Assembly (NCBI RefSeq): GCF_009914755.1
Contig: NC_060926.1
DNA length: 64,000 nt
Direction: 5' to 3' (one strand)
From: the human T2T-CHM13v2.0 reference genome, Homo sapiens
Under the pieces are notes generated by a model that worked only from the letters and a program-made list of their open reading frames with translations, was not told the DNA's origin and ran no database searches. The translations under genes and the position numbers were made by a program. Every line of letters starts with the position of its first letter. The first letter of the stretch is position 1. Below, in pieces: positions 14,210 through 30,150 of the stretch.

Positions 14210-14567
14210 TGATATCGTTTGGCACTGTGTCCCCACCCAAATCTCACCTTGAATTGTAATAATCCCAACGTGTCAAGGTGGGGACCGGGTCGATGTAAGT
14301 GAATCAGGGGGGCAATTTCCCCCATGCTGCTCTCATGATAATGAGTGAGTCTCACGAGATCTCATGATTTTACAAGTGTCTGGCATTTCCCCTGCTGGCA
14401 CTCATTCTCTCTCCTGCCACCTAGTGAAGAGGTGCCTTCTGCCATGATTGTAGGTTTCTTGAGGCCTCCCCAGCCATGTGGAACTGTGAGTCAATTAAAC
14501 CTCTTTTCTTTATAAATTATCCAGTCTTGGGTATATCTTCATAGCAATGTAAGAATGGACTAATACA
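14210..14567 (+). mobile_element. THE1 (C/D-like) solo LTR
   Basis: TGATATCGTTTGG..CCCACCCAAATCTCACCTTGAATTGTAATAAT to GAATGGACTAATACA. 5-bp TSD AATAT at 14205-14209 and 14568-14572. Confidence 0.95.
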
Positions 14568-15386
14568 AATATCTACACATTAAGACACATGGCAGGCAAT
14601 GTTCTGCTTTCTACCAAAGTAATTATTTTTTATTGCTCATACATAAATGACAATAGAAATATGTTTTATTCAGTGATAAGAATAAAAGGAAATGGGCTTA
14701 AATTATAGTAAAAGAATTACTTAGGAAATTACTTAGACTTTTTTAAATTTCAAAGAAAACAGTAAAAGTGTTACCAATGAAAAACTCTTCATTCTCTATT
14801 ATGTCTAGAAATAGGATAGAAAAATCATCTGTTTTAGAAAGTTTAGGTGTTAAATCTTAATTGAGACAGGATCATTTGACTTAATAACCTCTTGCCATCT
14901 CTTATAATGTTGTAATTTTATAACCTAGAATGAACAATATTCTCTGTTTTTGGTGTAGAATAATTAATATTTTTTGGTGCAATGATTATAAAGTTATTGA
15001 CCCAAATGGAGTCTAAATACATCTCTTGGGTAGAGTATGCGATGCATTAGTACTCCCTGAGGTTTGATAGTTAAGACTACAACTATTACATTATTTCACG
15101 TGTTTGTTCTCTAAATTTGTTAGGTAAAACAATTTCATAATCAATACTATATTTTGAAAAGTTGTTTTTAGAATTATTTCTTTAATGCTAAAGAATATTA
15201 TTTTTATTGGATAGGAATTAACTAAAGTATCTCTTTTGGTGCCTTTATGTCCTTTCTTTAGTCTTCCATTTACAAGTAAATAATAACTTCTATTCACAAT
15301 TTAGCTAATGTAATTTAATAGTTGGCTTTCATTAGTGGGAAAATCATGATAACGTTTGTCCTACCACAGATTATCGATTTTCTATT

Positions 15387-16217
15387 ATGGTCATGTGCCA
15401 TATAACAAATGTTTCGGTCATTGAAGGACTGCATATACCACAGTGGTTCCATAAGATTATAATGGAGCTGAAAAGTTCCTGTTACTTAATGGTGTCTTGG
15501 TGATCCTGACCCTGTGTTGGCCTAGGCTAATGTGTGTGTTTGTGCCTTAGTTCTTAACAAAAAATATGTAAAAAGTAAAAAAGAACAAAAATTTTTAAAA
15601 ATAGATAAAAGATTATAGGATAAGTATATAAAGATTGAAAATATATTGGTACAGCTGTACAATGTGTTTGTATTTTAAGCTAAATGTTATTACAAATGAA
15701 TCAAAAAGTTAAAAAAATTAAAATGTTTGTAAAGTAAAATTGTAAGCTAAGGTTAAGAAAGAAAGAGTTTTAAAAATAAATTTATTGTAGCCTAAGTGTA
15801 TCGTACGGTGTTTATGAAGTCTACAGCAGTATACAATTATGTCCTAGGCCTTCACATTCACTCACCACTCGCTGACTCACCCAGAGCAACTTCCAGTCCT
15901 GCAAGCTCCGTTCACAGCAAGTGCTCTATATGGGTGTACCATTTTTTATATCATATTTTTACTGTACCTTTTTAATGACTAGATAAGTTTGGATTCACAA
16001 ATACTTACCATTGTATTACAATTGCATACACTATTCAGTACAGTAACATGCTGAACAGGTTTGTGGCTTAGAAGCAATAGGTTATACCTTATAGCATAGG
16101 TGTGTAGTAGGCTATCCCCTCCAGATTTTAAGTACACTCTATGATGTTTGCATCATGACGAAATTGCCTAAGAACACATTTCTCAGAACATGTCCCTGTC
16201 ATTAAGTGAGGCTGTAC
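15387..16217. mobile_element. Tigger3/Golem-family non-autonomous DNA transposon
   Basis: GGTCATGTGCCATATAACAAATGTTTCGGTCA..GGTTCCATAAGATTATAATGGAGCTGAAAA at one end and CATTTCTCAGAACATGTCCCTGTCATTAAGTGA..CTGTA at the other. Internal CACCCAGAGCAACTTCCAGTCCTGCAAGCTCC. Confidence 0.88.
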
Positions 16218-16597
16218 TTCATGTAATTAATACTGTAATTAATATTTGGAAATCATAATCTTTAAAGAAATAAGATCTTTCCAGATGTTATATTTTCTAT
16301 TAATGCTTTTGGGCACTGACATTTTTTCCTAGTTAAATCAACACTTTAGTGGGTAAGACAACCATGCAATAAGCACAGCAGGCTCTTGGCAAAATCATGA
16401 AGCAAAACAAATATATCTTTTGAACGTTCACCTTGTCTTTTGGTGCATTTTCATTCAGATTTTTTATTCAGGTTCTCTTTTTGACATGCTCTGCCCTGAA
16501 CACACCAGGCTCCCAGACTCCTCAAAACTTTTCTGTTCTCTGAAGAATATAGTGGATTCATGGCATATACTAGTGTTCAAATGAATTTAAAAGTTTC

Positions 16598-17555
16598 ACT
16601 GACAGAATAGGAAAAAAGTTTTGCAATCTATTCATCTGACAAAGGTCTAATATACAGAATCTAGAAGGAACTTAAACAAATTTATAAGGAAAAACAACCC
16701 ATTAAAAAGTGGGTAAGGGACATGAACAGACACTTCTCAAAAGAAGACATTTATGTGGCCAATAAACATATAAATAAAAGCTCAACATCACTGATAATTA
16801 GAGAAATGCAAATCGAAACCACAATGAAATACCATCTCATGCCAGTCAGAATGGTGATTATTAAAACGTCAAGAAACAACAGATGCTGACAAGGCTGTGG
16901 AGAAATAGGAACGCTTTTACACTTTTGGTGGAATGTAAATTAGTTTAACCATTGTGGAAGACAGTGTGGTGATTCCTTAAAGACCTAGAACCAGAAATGC
17001 CATTTGACCCAGCAATCCCATTACTGGCTACATACCCAAAGGAATATAAATCATTCTTTATAAAGATACATGAATGCATATGTTCATTACAGCACTATTC
17101 ACAATAGCAAAGACATGGAATCAACCCAAATGCCCATCAATAATAGACTGGATAAAGAAAATGTGGTACATATATACCCTGGAATACTATATAGCCATAA
17201 AAAGGAATGAGATCATGCCCTTTGCATGAACATGGATGGAGCAGAAAGCCTCCTCATTAAACTAAAACAGGAGCAGAAAACCAAACACCACATGTTCTCA
17301 CTTATAAGTGGGAGCTGAACAATGAGAACACATGGATATAGGGAGGGGAACAACACACACTGGGGCCTGTGGCAGGGTGTTGGAGGAGGGACAGCATCAG
17401 GAAAAATAGCTAATACATGCTGGGCTTAAAACCTATGTGATGGGTTGATAGGTGCAGCAAACCACCTTGGCACCCATTTACCTGTGTAACAAACCTGCAT
17501 GTCCTGTACATGTATCCCAGAACTTAAAGTAAAATAATATTAAATTAAAAAAAAG
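16598..17555 (+). mobile_element. 5'-truncated L1PA (about PA8-10) ORF2 end plus 3' UTR
   Basis: GACATGAACAGACACTTCTCAAAAGAAGACAT, CATGTTCTCACTTATAAGTGGGAGCTGAAC, CCCAGAACTTAAAGTAAAAT plus A tail. Confidence 0.95.
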
Positions 17556-17852
17556 AAATTTGAAAGTGGTGATAACCAAATTATGACTATAATATGGACA
17601 TTAATTTGATTTCCATATGCATATAGACACTATATATGTACATATAGGTACATACATATCTTTTGAATTGTGCTTTAATTTCTGCAGTCAAATATGATGC
17701 AGTGAGATACAAGTATAAACTTTCATTATACATCAAGAAAATCAAAAGCTCATTTACAGATATAACCCAACAGTTGTATTCCCTAGAAAGTTTTGGATTT
17801 TATTTAGAAAATTAGACACTATTTTCCCATGGCTATAAAATTTAATATTGCC

Positions 17853-18200
17853 TTGAACACATGGAGATAGAGAGTAGAAGGATGGTTATCAGAGGCTGGG
17901 AAGGGTAGGTGGGGGTGGGGTGGGGGTGACGTTGGTTAATGGGTGCAAAAAAAAAAATAGAAAGAATGAATAAGACCTAGTATTTGATAGCACAACAGAG
18001 TGACTATAGTCAAAATAATTTAAATCCTTAAAAAATAACTAGAAGAGTATAACTGGGTTGTTTGTAACACATAGAATAAATGCTTGACAGGATGGGTAGC
18101 CCATTTTCTATAATGTTATTATGTATTGTGTACCTATATCAAAACATCTCATGTACCCCATGAATATATACAACTACTGTGTACCCACAAAAATTAAAAA
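17853..18200 (+). mobile_element. L1MA 3' UTR fragment
   Basis: ATGGAGATAGAGAGTAGAAGGATGGTTATCAGAGGCTGGGAAGGG..GTACCCACAAAAATTAAAAA, flanked by TTAATATTG repeats. Contains a G-run cluster at 17898-17926. Confidence 0.92.
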
Positions 18201-20109
18201 TTAATATTGTCATCATTTTAAAAAGTAAATAAGTATTATTGAGCTCTTATATACGCAATTCTGTGACTTTCAAGAAGCATAAAATATGGTTTCTGCCCTC
18301 AGGAGGGCAGAATCTCATAGAGGAGATAATCTTGTAGAGGAAACAAGTCTTCCATTCCTTTGTTCATCAAACATTTGTTGAATGTTTATATATTCAAATT
18401 AGAAATCCATTCTCTTGAGGAATTTACAGGTTAAGACACAAAACATACATGAATGTTATGAAACAAGTTTGTAAATGGTGAATGGACATAATAGAAGTTC
18501 AAATAAAATATTATGCATTTAGAGGTCATGTACATAAAAAGAAAGGTGTCCATGTGAAGTAGTGTAGGCTACATGTCAAATGAAAGAGGTTAATAACATG
18601 GAGCTTTAGAGGACAGATTAGTCATGTAGTTTGAGAGAAGTTGGGGAAAATTTTATTTAGGAGATATGACAAATTCTCCTTAAACAAAGAAAAGAAAAAA
18701 GAAAAGAAAAGAGCAGTGGAGTCTGTGGAAAGGACACCCCAGAAGGAGGGACTTGTAAGCATATGGTTCCACACGTTAGAATGGTTATATGATCCTCTGC
18801 CTTTTTATAAATTAGCATTTTTAAGAGATTAAAAATTTTTATGTAGATATATAGAAATATAAAATTAGATAATTATTCAAAGAAAAATATATAGGACTAT
18901 TAAATGTTGTAATACATTTTTCTATGGGCTGAAATTTGGATTGTTGAGCATACTTGATTCACTTTATTGTGAGAATAATATTCCTTGTCTGCATGATTAT
19001 AGAATGTTGTTATGGTGAGTTGCACCTCAAGTATTTGAATATAAGGTAGTTAGTGTTCCTTGAGAGAATTGAACTTTTAAGTCAGTACTTAACACGTAAT
19101 ATGAAATATTGTTTTAAAGAGACCAAATGACTCCAAGCCTAAAATAGCTTAATAAAGTCATTTTGAGTGTTAGCGTTGCTAATGAAAGACTCTTCAATCA
19201 GGTAGAGGAAATGTCAGCAGCTAGGACAGCATGGATAAAGGCAGGTCACAGGGGCAAATGATGGCAGTATTTATCAAGTCCAATGTAGGGCATTGAGCAC
19301 TCGATCTAAAAACCTCCAATGACTTATCTAGATATAGATGGTAGATTTTTACCTTATATAATCAGATGTTTAAATTTTAACTAACTCGTCCAAGCTCGAT
19401 GCTACATTTGCTAAAGCAATTTTCATTACAATTTGACTTTCCATGGTGCTGTACTGGAGAGGAGTTAGCAGCCTTAGCAGCCATGTATCGTAAATTGACA
19501 AATCTTGGTGAGCAAAAAAAAAAAATTGTATTGTTTTTAACAATGTAAAAAGGCAGTTATTTATTTTCAGGTTGCTTAAATTGAAACAATAAACAGTGTT
19601 TCACGGATGATTGCCATGTTCCCTTTTATTCTAAAGGCAGATGAAAGAGTGATTCTCTCAGAACTGGAGAAAAAGGCAAGTTCGAGTGTATCACTTTAAA
19701 TTCTGTTATGATTTTTACACCTTAGATGGCCCCTAAATTACAAAACTTCTTTACGATTTCAAAACTTTAAAGGGAAAGGGAGCATCTTGGTTGTTTGCTG
19801 GCAGTATTGTTCTATACAGTTTGGGTAAACCCTGGGACAAATGCATTGGTCAGGAATTCCAGAACTACTGTTTATTTTAAATAATTTAAACTTTTTAGAT
19901 ATTAACTTAAAACAAATCTTATCCCAGCTTTCACTCAAACAAAAATATCCTCAAAAATGACAGAATAAAAGTGATGGTTAAAAGTATGGATCTGAAATTT
20001 CAGGTTTAAACTGTTGTCTACTTCCTAGAAACCTGTGGGCCAACTGTGCTCATAACAAGATCTCATCCAGCAAAGATTTGCAGCATTTTTCCTTTTTTGC
20101 TATATCTGG

Positions 20110-20545
20110 CTTTTATTTTTTTCAGTTCTATTGAGTTTAATTAACAAATAAATGAAAAATCAAAGTTTGTACCATTTGACCAACATCTCCTCATTTTCCC
20201 CACCCTTCAGCCTCTGGCAACCAGCATTCTACTCTCTGTCTCTACAAATTCGACTTTTTTTTTTTTTTTTTTTTTTAAGATTCCACATATAAGTGATATG
20301 TACAGTATTTGTCTTTCTTTGTTTGGCTCATTTCACTTACCAAAATGCCCTTCAGGTTCATCCATGTTGTCTCAAATGGCAGTATTTCCTTCTTTTTTAT
20401 GGCTAAAAAATATCCTATTGTCTGTATATACCACATTTTCTCTATCCATTCGTACATCCATGGATGCTTAGGTTGTTTCCATATAATGGCCATTATGAAT
20501 AATGCTGTAATAAACATGGGAGTGCAGATATCAAAATTGTGTTTC
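20110..20545 (-). mobile_element. L1MA/MB 3' end with an expanded T run
   Basis: AGATTCCACATATAAGTGA, AGGTTCATCCATGTTG. The ORF 20275-20556(-) translates as the L1 ORF2p C-terminus (CTPMFITALF..WKQPK). Confidence 0.9.
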
Positions 20546-22475
20546 TTAGGGTGCAAGTTTAAGAGAAATACTCAAAACTTGGCACATTCACAAAAGTGTT
20601 GCCAATCATTGAGGTCTCTTCAGAGACAACTGACTTTTCCAGATTACAGCCCCTTTTCTTTTATTACTCACTTTACCTTTATCCTACAATAATTTTTTTG
20701 AGAACATGTGTGACTTTGATACATATCATTTATTATTTATGACCTGATATCATAGTTGCTTAGTATAAATAAATCAAAATTGTAAGGTCAGAGGAACAAA
20801 TATTTGCATTTAGGGATTAATGATGGAAGACCTCATTAATTAAGACAAGGATTGAGACACCTTAACTCCCTCAAAACTTGCATGTACAGCTCACATGTTT
20901 GTGCTACTATTTATGCATAGGTATTTTTTTCCCCAGACATAACTTTATGCTGCTTAAGGCTAAGACCATATTTTACTTCCCTTAAACCTCACAATGTTAA
21001 AGAAGAAATACGATAAAATGTTTAATGAATGAAATTCAGAGACTACAGCAGATTGTTAAAAAAAAAAAAGGAATAAAGCCTTTCTGTTTCTATATATACT
21101 GTACATATTTAAAGAGAGGAATTTACTTTAGAAGTAACAGGAAAAAAAACACCTGACTTTGTAAGGATCAAAGCTTTAGTGGAGAAACACAAGGGCATAA
21201 CAAACTATTATGTTTGAGGCTAATGGACAGAATAATTCAGATTCTTGTTTGATTTACGTTCTTTGAAGAGTTGCTAGTTGGCTGAATTAATTTAAAACAG
21301 GCTTTAAACCTTAACCCAATTTTAAATTGAAATGGTAACCATCAGTCAACAGAAAATAAAGTTGCACAATTCTTTGGAAGAAATATTAACACATCCCCTT
21401 CAGTCATTATTATTTTAGTTTAAAATTACTGCTAGATGTTAATGATATTGAGATAGATTATTTCAAAAATCTTAGTATGTCAACATTGAATTTTTTTTAT
21501 ATCTTTGTGTCCCATAATCAAAGTTATTATGGCCTTAAGCTAAATGTCAACACTCCATTTAATTCTCCAGGTATCTATAAACAAAAAAAGACTGAATGTG
21601 AAATTGTAACTAAGCAAAAATATTTGTATATGTAAATATGATGTAGTAATTACTTCTTTTCCTCCAAAGATATTTGGAGTTCAACAAAATATAGACTGGA
21701 TAAATATTATAACTTTACGATACAGAGAAATTAAGAATCTCTAGAGCCAATTGAGTAAAGGAGAAAATGGTTTTCAATCTTCCTTTATTCTATGTTTCTG
21801 AAGTTTTCTGTTCTGTGCCATGGACTGAAACTGATTTTTAGCACACCTATAATTAGCATTGATTTTAAATATTATTTACAAATCAACTCTTTTTGCTGAT
21901 GTTTCATTCATACCACTTAATTTGCTCTTATATACCCAATACTAGTTGTTCTTGGAGGGAAAGAGAGAAGAGTAATTTTAAAATTTCATTTTATTGAATT
22001 TTTGCATACTGTTGCATTTTCATCCTTCAGGAGGTACGATTTTAGAGATAAATTCTCCTTGGTCATCTTCTCAATCTAAAATTACACTGATATCAACTCT
22101 TAAGTGTAGTTCTTTGAAGACTTTAACCTACATATTTATAATCATTTATGTTTAACAAACCATTTATTGATTAGCATTTAGAGGCTTCTCAATATTGTGC
22201 TGTTACAAATTCTGTTGTTATAATGATCGTTGCACTTATATCTCTCTGCTCTCATTCCTTAGGCTATTTTATAGAATATCTTCTCAAGAGTAAGCATGTT
22301 CAAAATTATTATAGCTCTATTTACAGTCAGGCTTAAGAATCACTCTTTCATTAAACTTAAGAGCTTCTTAATAGGCTAATTCCTGCATTCTACGACAATA
22401 AACACTAAAGAGAACAATAATTCAAAGGAACAAATGTTTAGTGATAGCAGTTACCATGGCTACCTGACATTTATT

Positions 22476-22880
22476 TATTTATTTATTCATTTTTCTTTTT
22501 TATTTTTTTATTATACTTTAAGTTCTAGGGTACATGTGCACAACGTGCAGGTTTGTTACATATGTATACATGTGCCATGTTGGTGTGCTGCACCCATTAA
22601 CTCATCATTTACATTAGATATATCTCCTAATGCTATCCCACCCCACTTCCCCCCACCCCACGACAGGCCCCGTGTGTGATGTTCCCCTTCCTGTGTCCAA
22701 GTGTTCTCATTGTTCAATTCCCACCTATGCATGAGAACATGTGGTGTTTGTTTTTTTGTCCCTGTGATAGTTTGCTGAGAATGATGGTTTCCAGCTTCAT
22801 CTGTGTCCCTACAAAGGACAAGAACTCATCCTTTTTTATGGCTGCATAGTATTCCATGGTGTATATGTGCCACATTTTCT
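22476..22880 (-). mobile_element. L1PA (about PA4/5) 3' terminus, first of two tandem 3' ends
   Basis: TTATACTTTAAGTTCTAGGGTACATGTGCACAACGTGCAGG..CACGACAGGCCCC..TGCCACATTTTCT. Confidence 0.95.
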
Positions 22881-25595
<2,715 letters not shown>

Positions 25596-25903
25596 TTTAT
25601 TTTATTATTATTATTTTATTTGAGATGGAGTCTCGCTCTGTCGCCCACGCTGGAGTGCAGTGGCGCGATCTCAGCTCACTGCAAGCTACGCGTCCTGGGT
25701 TCATGCCATTCTCCTGTCTCAGCTTCAGGAGTAGCTGGGACTACAGGTGCCGCCACCATGCCTGGCTAATTTTTTGTATTTTTTTAGTAGAGATGGGGTT
25801 TCACTGTGTTAGCGAAGATGGTCTCGATCTCCTGACCTCGTGATCTGTCGGCCTCGGCCTCCCAAAGTGCTGGGATTACAGGCGTGAGCCACCGCACCCG
25901 GCC
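25596..25903 (-). mobile_element. AluY
   Basis: Y-type diagnostics GTGTTAGC.A.GATGGTCTCGATCTCCTGACCTCGTGATC and GCAAGCT..GCCATTCTC. Intact 5' end CACCCGGCC. Confidence 0.95.
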
Positions 25904-25913
25904 GACATTTATT

Positions 25914-26000
25914 ATATTTCTCTTGTTTGAGTCACCTTTGAAATTGTTCTTTTATTTACCATAAGAGTAGCTTCAAAGGTGACTCAAACAAGAGAAATAT
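25914..26000. repeat. Perfect 29-bp inverted repeat with a 29-nt spacer
   Basis: ATATTTCTCTTGTTTGAGTCACCTTTGAA (25914-25942) is the exact reverse complement of TTCAAAGGTGACTCAAACAAGAGAAATAT (25972-26000). Confidence 0.97.
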
Positions 26001-26419
26001 GTTTTGAGTTTTGAAATAGCCACCCCGGCATAGAAAGGTAATTTTAATGGCCTGAAAAATGTCTTCATTTTTAATGATTCACAGCATAGTTTAAGCATAT
26101 ATTAAGTTCAAATGTTGCCAGTGTATTTATTAGGTGTGATGGAGGAATATGAAAGTGAATCATACATATGATTTGTCTTGAGGATCTTAATAATTGTAAA
26201 TGAAAGACAAGATTAAGCCTAAAAGAAAGTGAAAATGTTTCAGAGTAGTCAGGAAGTTAAAATTGAGGATTAAAGGGCTTTGAGAAAGGGAGGTGGAACC
26301 AAAAGCATGTAATCAAGGAAGGTTTCATGGAAGATGTTCTTTGTTCAACTTTGATGGATAGATAAGATTTAAAACTATGGAGATGAAGGAGAGAGGCCTG
26401 CATTCTAACAACAACAAGA

Positions 26420-26640
26420 AGAACATTTATTAAATATTTCTTATTTCCTGGATTTGAGGCACTATGAATTAAGCACTTTATAATTTTAGTTAATCTAATT
26501 TTTCAACAAATGCTATGTAGATAGATACTGTTATTATCTACACTATATTGATAGGGAAACTGAGGTCCACAGAAATTTTGTAACTGATAAAATATCCTAG
26601 GGTTATTAAATGGCAGCACTAAGATCTGAACCAAGATCAG
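26420..26640 (-). mobile_element. MIR relic flanked by L2-like remnants
   Basis: GATAGGGAAACTGAGG core, ACATTTATTAAATATTT start. Confidence 0.65.
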
Positions 26641-27134
26641 ATGTAATAGCATGAACAAAACTTGAGGCCTTAAAACATTGAGTGATTATTGGGAATGGTG
26701 AGCTGTTGGGTTTAGGTAGAGTAACTGACAATTAAAGGCCAGTAGTTGTTGATGAGATTGGAAAGATCTGTCAGGATCAGTTATGGAGGTCATCAAACAC
26801 TAGCTTAGGAAACCTATAGAGAGTTTTTGACTAGCTAATGACATAGTGGTTTTGGACAGGTAGAAAATAAGACTAAAGAGAGGTTACTGGATTTTGTAAC
26901 TAGGTGGTCATTCATATAGCCATCGCATTTATTCAGTAATTTCTTTGTCCCAGGATTGTGAGGCAAATGTTTCCAATGTTGAAAATAATGAGAATAGAGA
27001 AATGGCCATTGGATGTGGAAAGAAGAAGGAACTGATCATCCTTCGTTATGTACTTTATCTCCTACATTTAGCTTATCGACTTTTTAAATGATCCATTGGA
27101 TCTTCCCTTAATAGTGAAGATGATAACAATAATA

Positions 27135-27780
27135 AAATAATATCATTTATTGAACTTATATTTGCTAAACTATGTTGATTGCCTTATGTATACTGTCTTC
27201 TTTAACCTTCAAAATAGCTTTATGAGGTAAAACAATATTAACTGTATTTTACAGATGAGGAAACTTAAGGTTGGAAGCTCAAGCAGCTTTGCTCATGGTT
27301 ACTAATTGGTGAATCCAAGATTTAGTCAGTATTTGACTCAAAAGGCATCAGAATATAAAAGCTACGTTATTGCACTGCACTTTTTTTATATAACAGGTTC
27401 TGCTCTACGCGCTCTGTAGTGTCTACATTCTTATTCTCAGATCTTGGAAACTACTGCTCAGCCATGTATTTTGTGTCTGATTCAGTCTGATTATTTCATA
27501 ATTTTAGTTTATACAGTTTTTTCTTTTTTTGATACTATAACAAGTTAATCTTTTTTAGAATGATAGTAGCAAAAATATATTCAGCAATGACTCTATGACA
27601 CGCAGTGCGCTACCTGCTTCACATGTAATAATCACATTTAATCCTTGCACAACAATCTGCCTAGGGTTATCATAATTTTACATTTGAGAAAACTGAGACA
27701 GAAAGCATATATACAGATCCCAAGGGCAAAACCAGGATTTGAAATTGGTAGTCTGCCTCCATAGCCTGTTTTTCTAAGCA
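27135..27780 (-). mobile_element. Two MIR relics (~27135-27360 and ~27560-27780)
   Basis: ATTTTACAGATGAGGAAACTTAAGG and TTTTACATTTGAGAAAACTGAGACAGA cores. Confidence 0.75.
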
Positions 27781-27983
27781 CAGACATATGAGTCCTTTTG
27801 ACAAATAAAGGGTGAGTTTTGAGGGTTTCTAGTTTTTTCTTTTAGGTGTTTTTTGCTGTTAACAATCTATTTATTTATGATCTGTGAACCTGTCTGTGTT
27901 AGAATTTAAAAAGACAAAACCTGTCTTTAGCTTTCATAACTATCACTTTAAGTACAATTGTAGTGTTGCCAAAATTGCATTTT

Positions 27984-28874
27984 TTCACTGCACACTATTT
28001 ATTTTCATTTAACATTTAAAAATAATTGTAATTGATATATAATAGTTGTACATAGTTTGGGATATATTTGATATTTTGATCCAAGCATTCAACTGTAATG
28101 ATCACATCAGGATAATTGGGATATCCATCACCTCAAACAGTTATCTTTTCTTTTGTTGGGAACATTCCAATTCTTCTCTTCTAGCTATGTTGAAATATGC
28201 AGTAAGTTATTGTTGACTATAATCTCCCTACTATAACAGTGAATACTAGAACTGATTCCTTCTATCTAATTTTATTTTTGTACCTATTAACCAATTTCTG
28301 TTTATCCCCCTTCCTTTTACCCTTCCTAGCTTCTCATAACCACCATTCTACTCTCTACCCCCATAAGATCCACATTTTTAGCTCCCACATATGAATGTGA
28401 AATCATCAGAGATATGCAAATCAAAACCACAACGAGATACCATTTCACCTCAGTTAAACTAGCTATTATGAAAAAGACAAAAAATAACGGACACTGGCCA
28501 GGCTGCAGAGAAAGGGGAATGCTGGTACACTGTAAGTAGAAATACAAAGTAGTACTGCCACTACGGAAAATAGTGTGTGGAAGTTCCTCAAAAACTAAAA
28601 ATAGAACTACCATATGACTCAATTCCACTGCTGAGTATATACCCAAAAGAAAGGAAATCAGTATATTGAAGAGATATCTGCATTCCCATGTTTATTGCAG
28701 CATTTCACAACAGCCAGGATATGGAATCAACCTAAGTGTCCAACCACAGATGAATGGATAAAGAAAATGTGGTATATATAAACAATGAAATATTATATAG
28801 CCATAAAAAGAATAAAATCCTGTCATTTGCAGCAACATGGATGAAACTGGAGGTCATTATGTTAAGTGAAATAA
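27984..28874 (-). mobile_element. L1MA with a 5' inversion (3' end on -, ~28401-28878 on +)
   Basis: Minus-strand 3' UTR to ..TAGCTCCCACATATGA, then plus-strand AATCATCAGAGATATGCAAATCAAAACCACAA..AAGTGAAATAAGCCA. TSD GCCAA(A/G)ATTGCATTTT at 27968-27983 and 28875-28890. Confidence 0.92.
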
Positions 28875-29619
28875 GCCAAGATTGCATTTTAATTATAGCT
28901 AAGTTTATCAAAAAATTTCACTTAAGGGATTATTATTTCAATGGATTTTTTAAACAATGAAAACTTTTAAAGATTAAATACATTGCAAATGTTTGTTTAT
29001 ATTTTCCTATCATTTACTTAGCACTGGAATAGTGCTTGGAGAGAATAAGTTGACACATTAAAAAATATTGTCTTTACACATGGTATTTTGGAGACTTATT
29101 GGTGGCTTTTTGGTCCTCCCAAGTTATTCCTTGGCTGAAGGTATATCTGATAGTCATTTGGAAGGTTTCCTAAGGCTACAAAAATCTGTCTTTCTGTTTC
29201 AATGAGTAAAATAGCTTGCTCTGGGAAAATGACTCCCTCTCTCTAGGTCCACTCATTCTACAGATGTCACAGAGAAAAAATAAAGTCTATGTCTACATTT
29301 ATCATTGCGTTGGTTTTCAATTAGTCTGCTTTGCCAACTTTTAATAACTTCTATTCAAAGAGTTGTTTTGCCTTACAATCCTAAGTATGTTCTCTATGGA
29401 TCAGCAGTGTATCTTTGTCTATAAGCGTAGAAACAAGGACGCTTTATTTATCCTAAGTTTTTGTTGTTACTGTTAGAAAACCTACAAAGATAAGTCTATC
29501 TGGTTTAATTATAGTTAATTTAAACCTTTGTGTTAATGTATGCCTACCTTTCCTTTTCCATTTTCATATTAACTTTTTGAGACCATTTTTCTACATAGAG
29601 ACTGTGTGATAACACAGTT

Positions 29620-30150
29620 TTGGCAAGACAATGAGTAAACATGATATTTCTATTGGAGACTGTAAATAGATATAACCCTTCTGGAGGGAAATTCAGCAAT
29701 TTTTACCCAAAGCCTCAAAAACATTAACATCCTTTGATCTAGTAAGTTTACTTATTGGGGTTTATTCTAAGAAAATAGAGGATGTATGTAAGGCTGTGTG
29801 CACAAAGATGTTTATTACACTGTTATTTATAATATTGAAAAATGGAAAAAATGGGAAAGTCAAAGAATAGGAGATTGGTTCAATAAAGTATGGTACCTCT
29901 ATTTGATAGAATACCAGTTAGCCATTAAACATTATGTTATAGAAAAATACTTATTGATGTAAGGAAATGTTAATATAATACTTGGTAAAGATTAATAGTT
30001 TACTATCATTTTAGGTGTATATTATTTAAAATACTAAAACTAAAATATCAATAATGGTTATCTCTGTATAATGAAATTTTATGGATGATTCTCCCCACTT
30101 TTTTGATCTTTATGTTTTCTTCTGTTTGTATAGATATGAAGCACTTTTGT
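29620..30150 (+). mobile_element. L1ME-type 3' fragment
   Basis: CCTTTGATCTAGTAA, CACAAAGATGTTTATTACACTGTTATTTATAATA, GATTGGTTCAATAAAGTATGGTAC. Confidence 0.75.

Noticed and set aside
17898-17926. G-quadruplex-forming G runs
   Set aside because: This is the ordinary G-rich tract of an L1 3' UTR.
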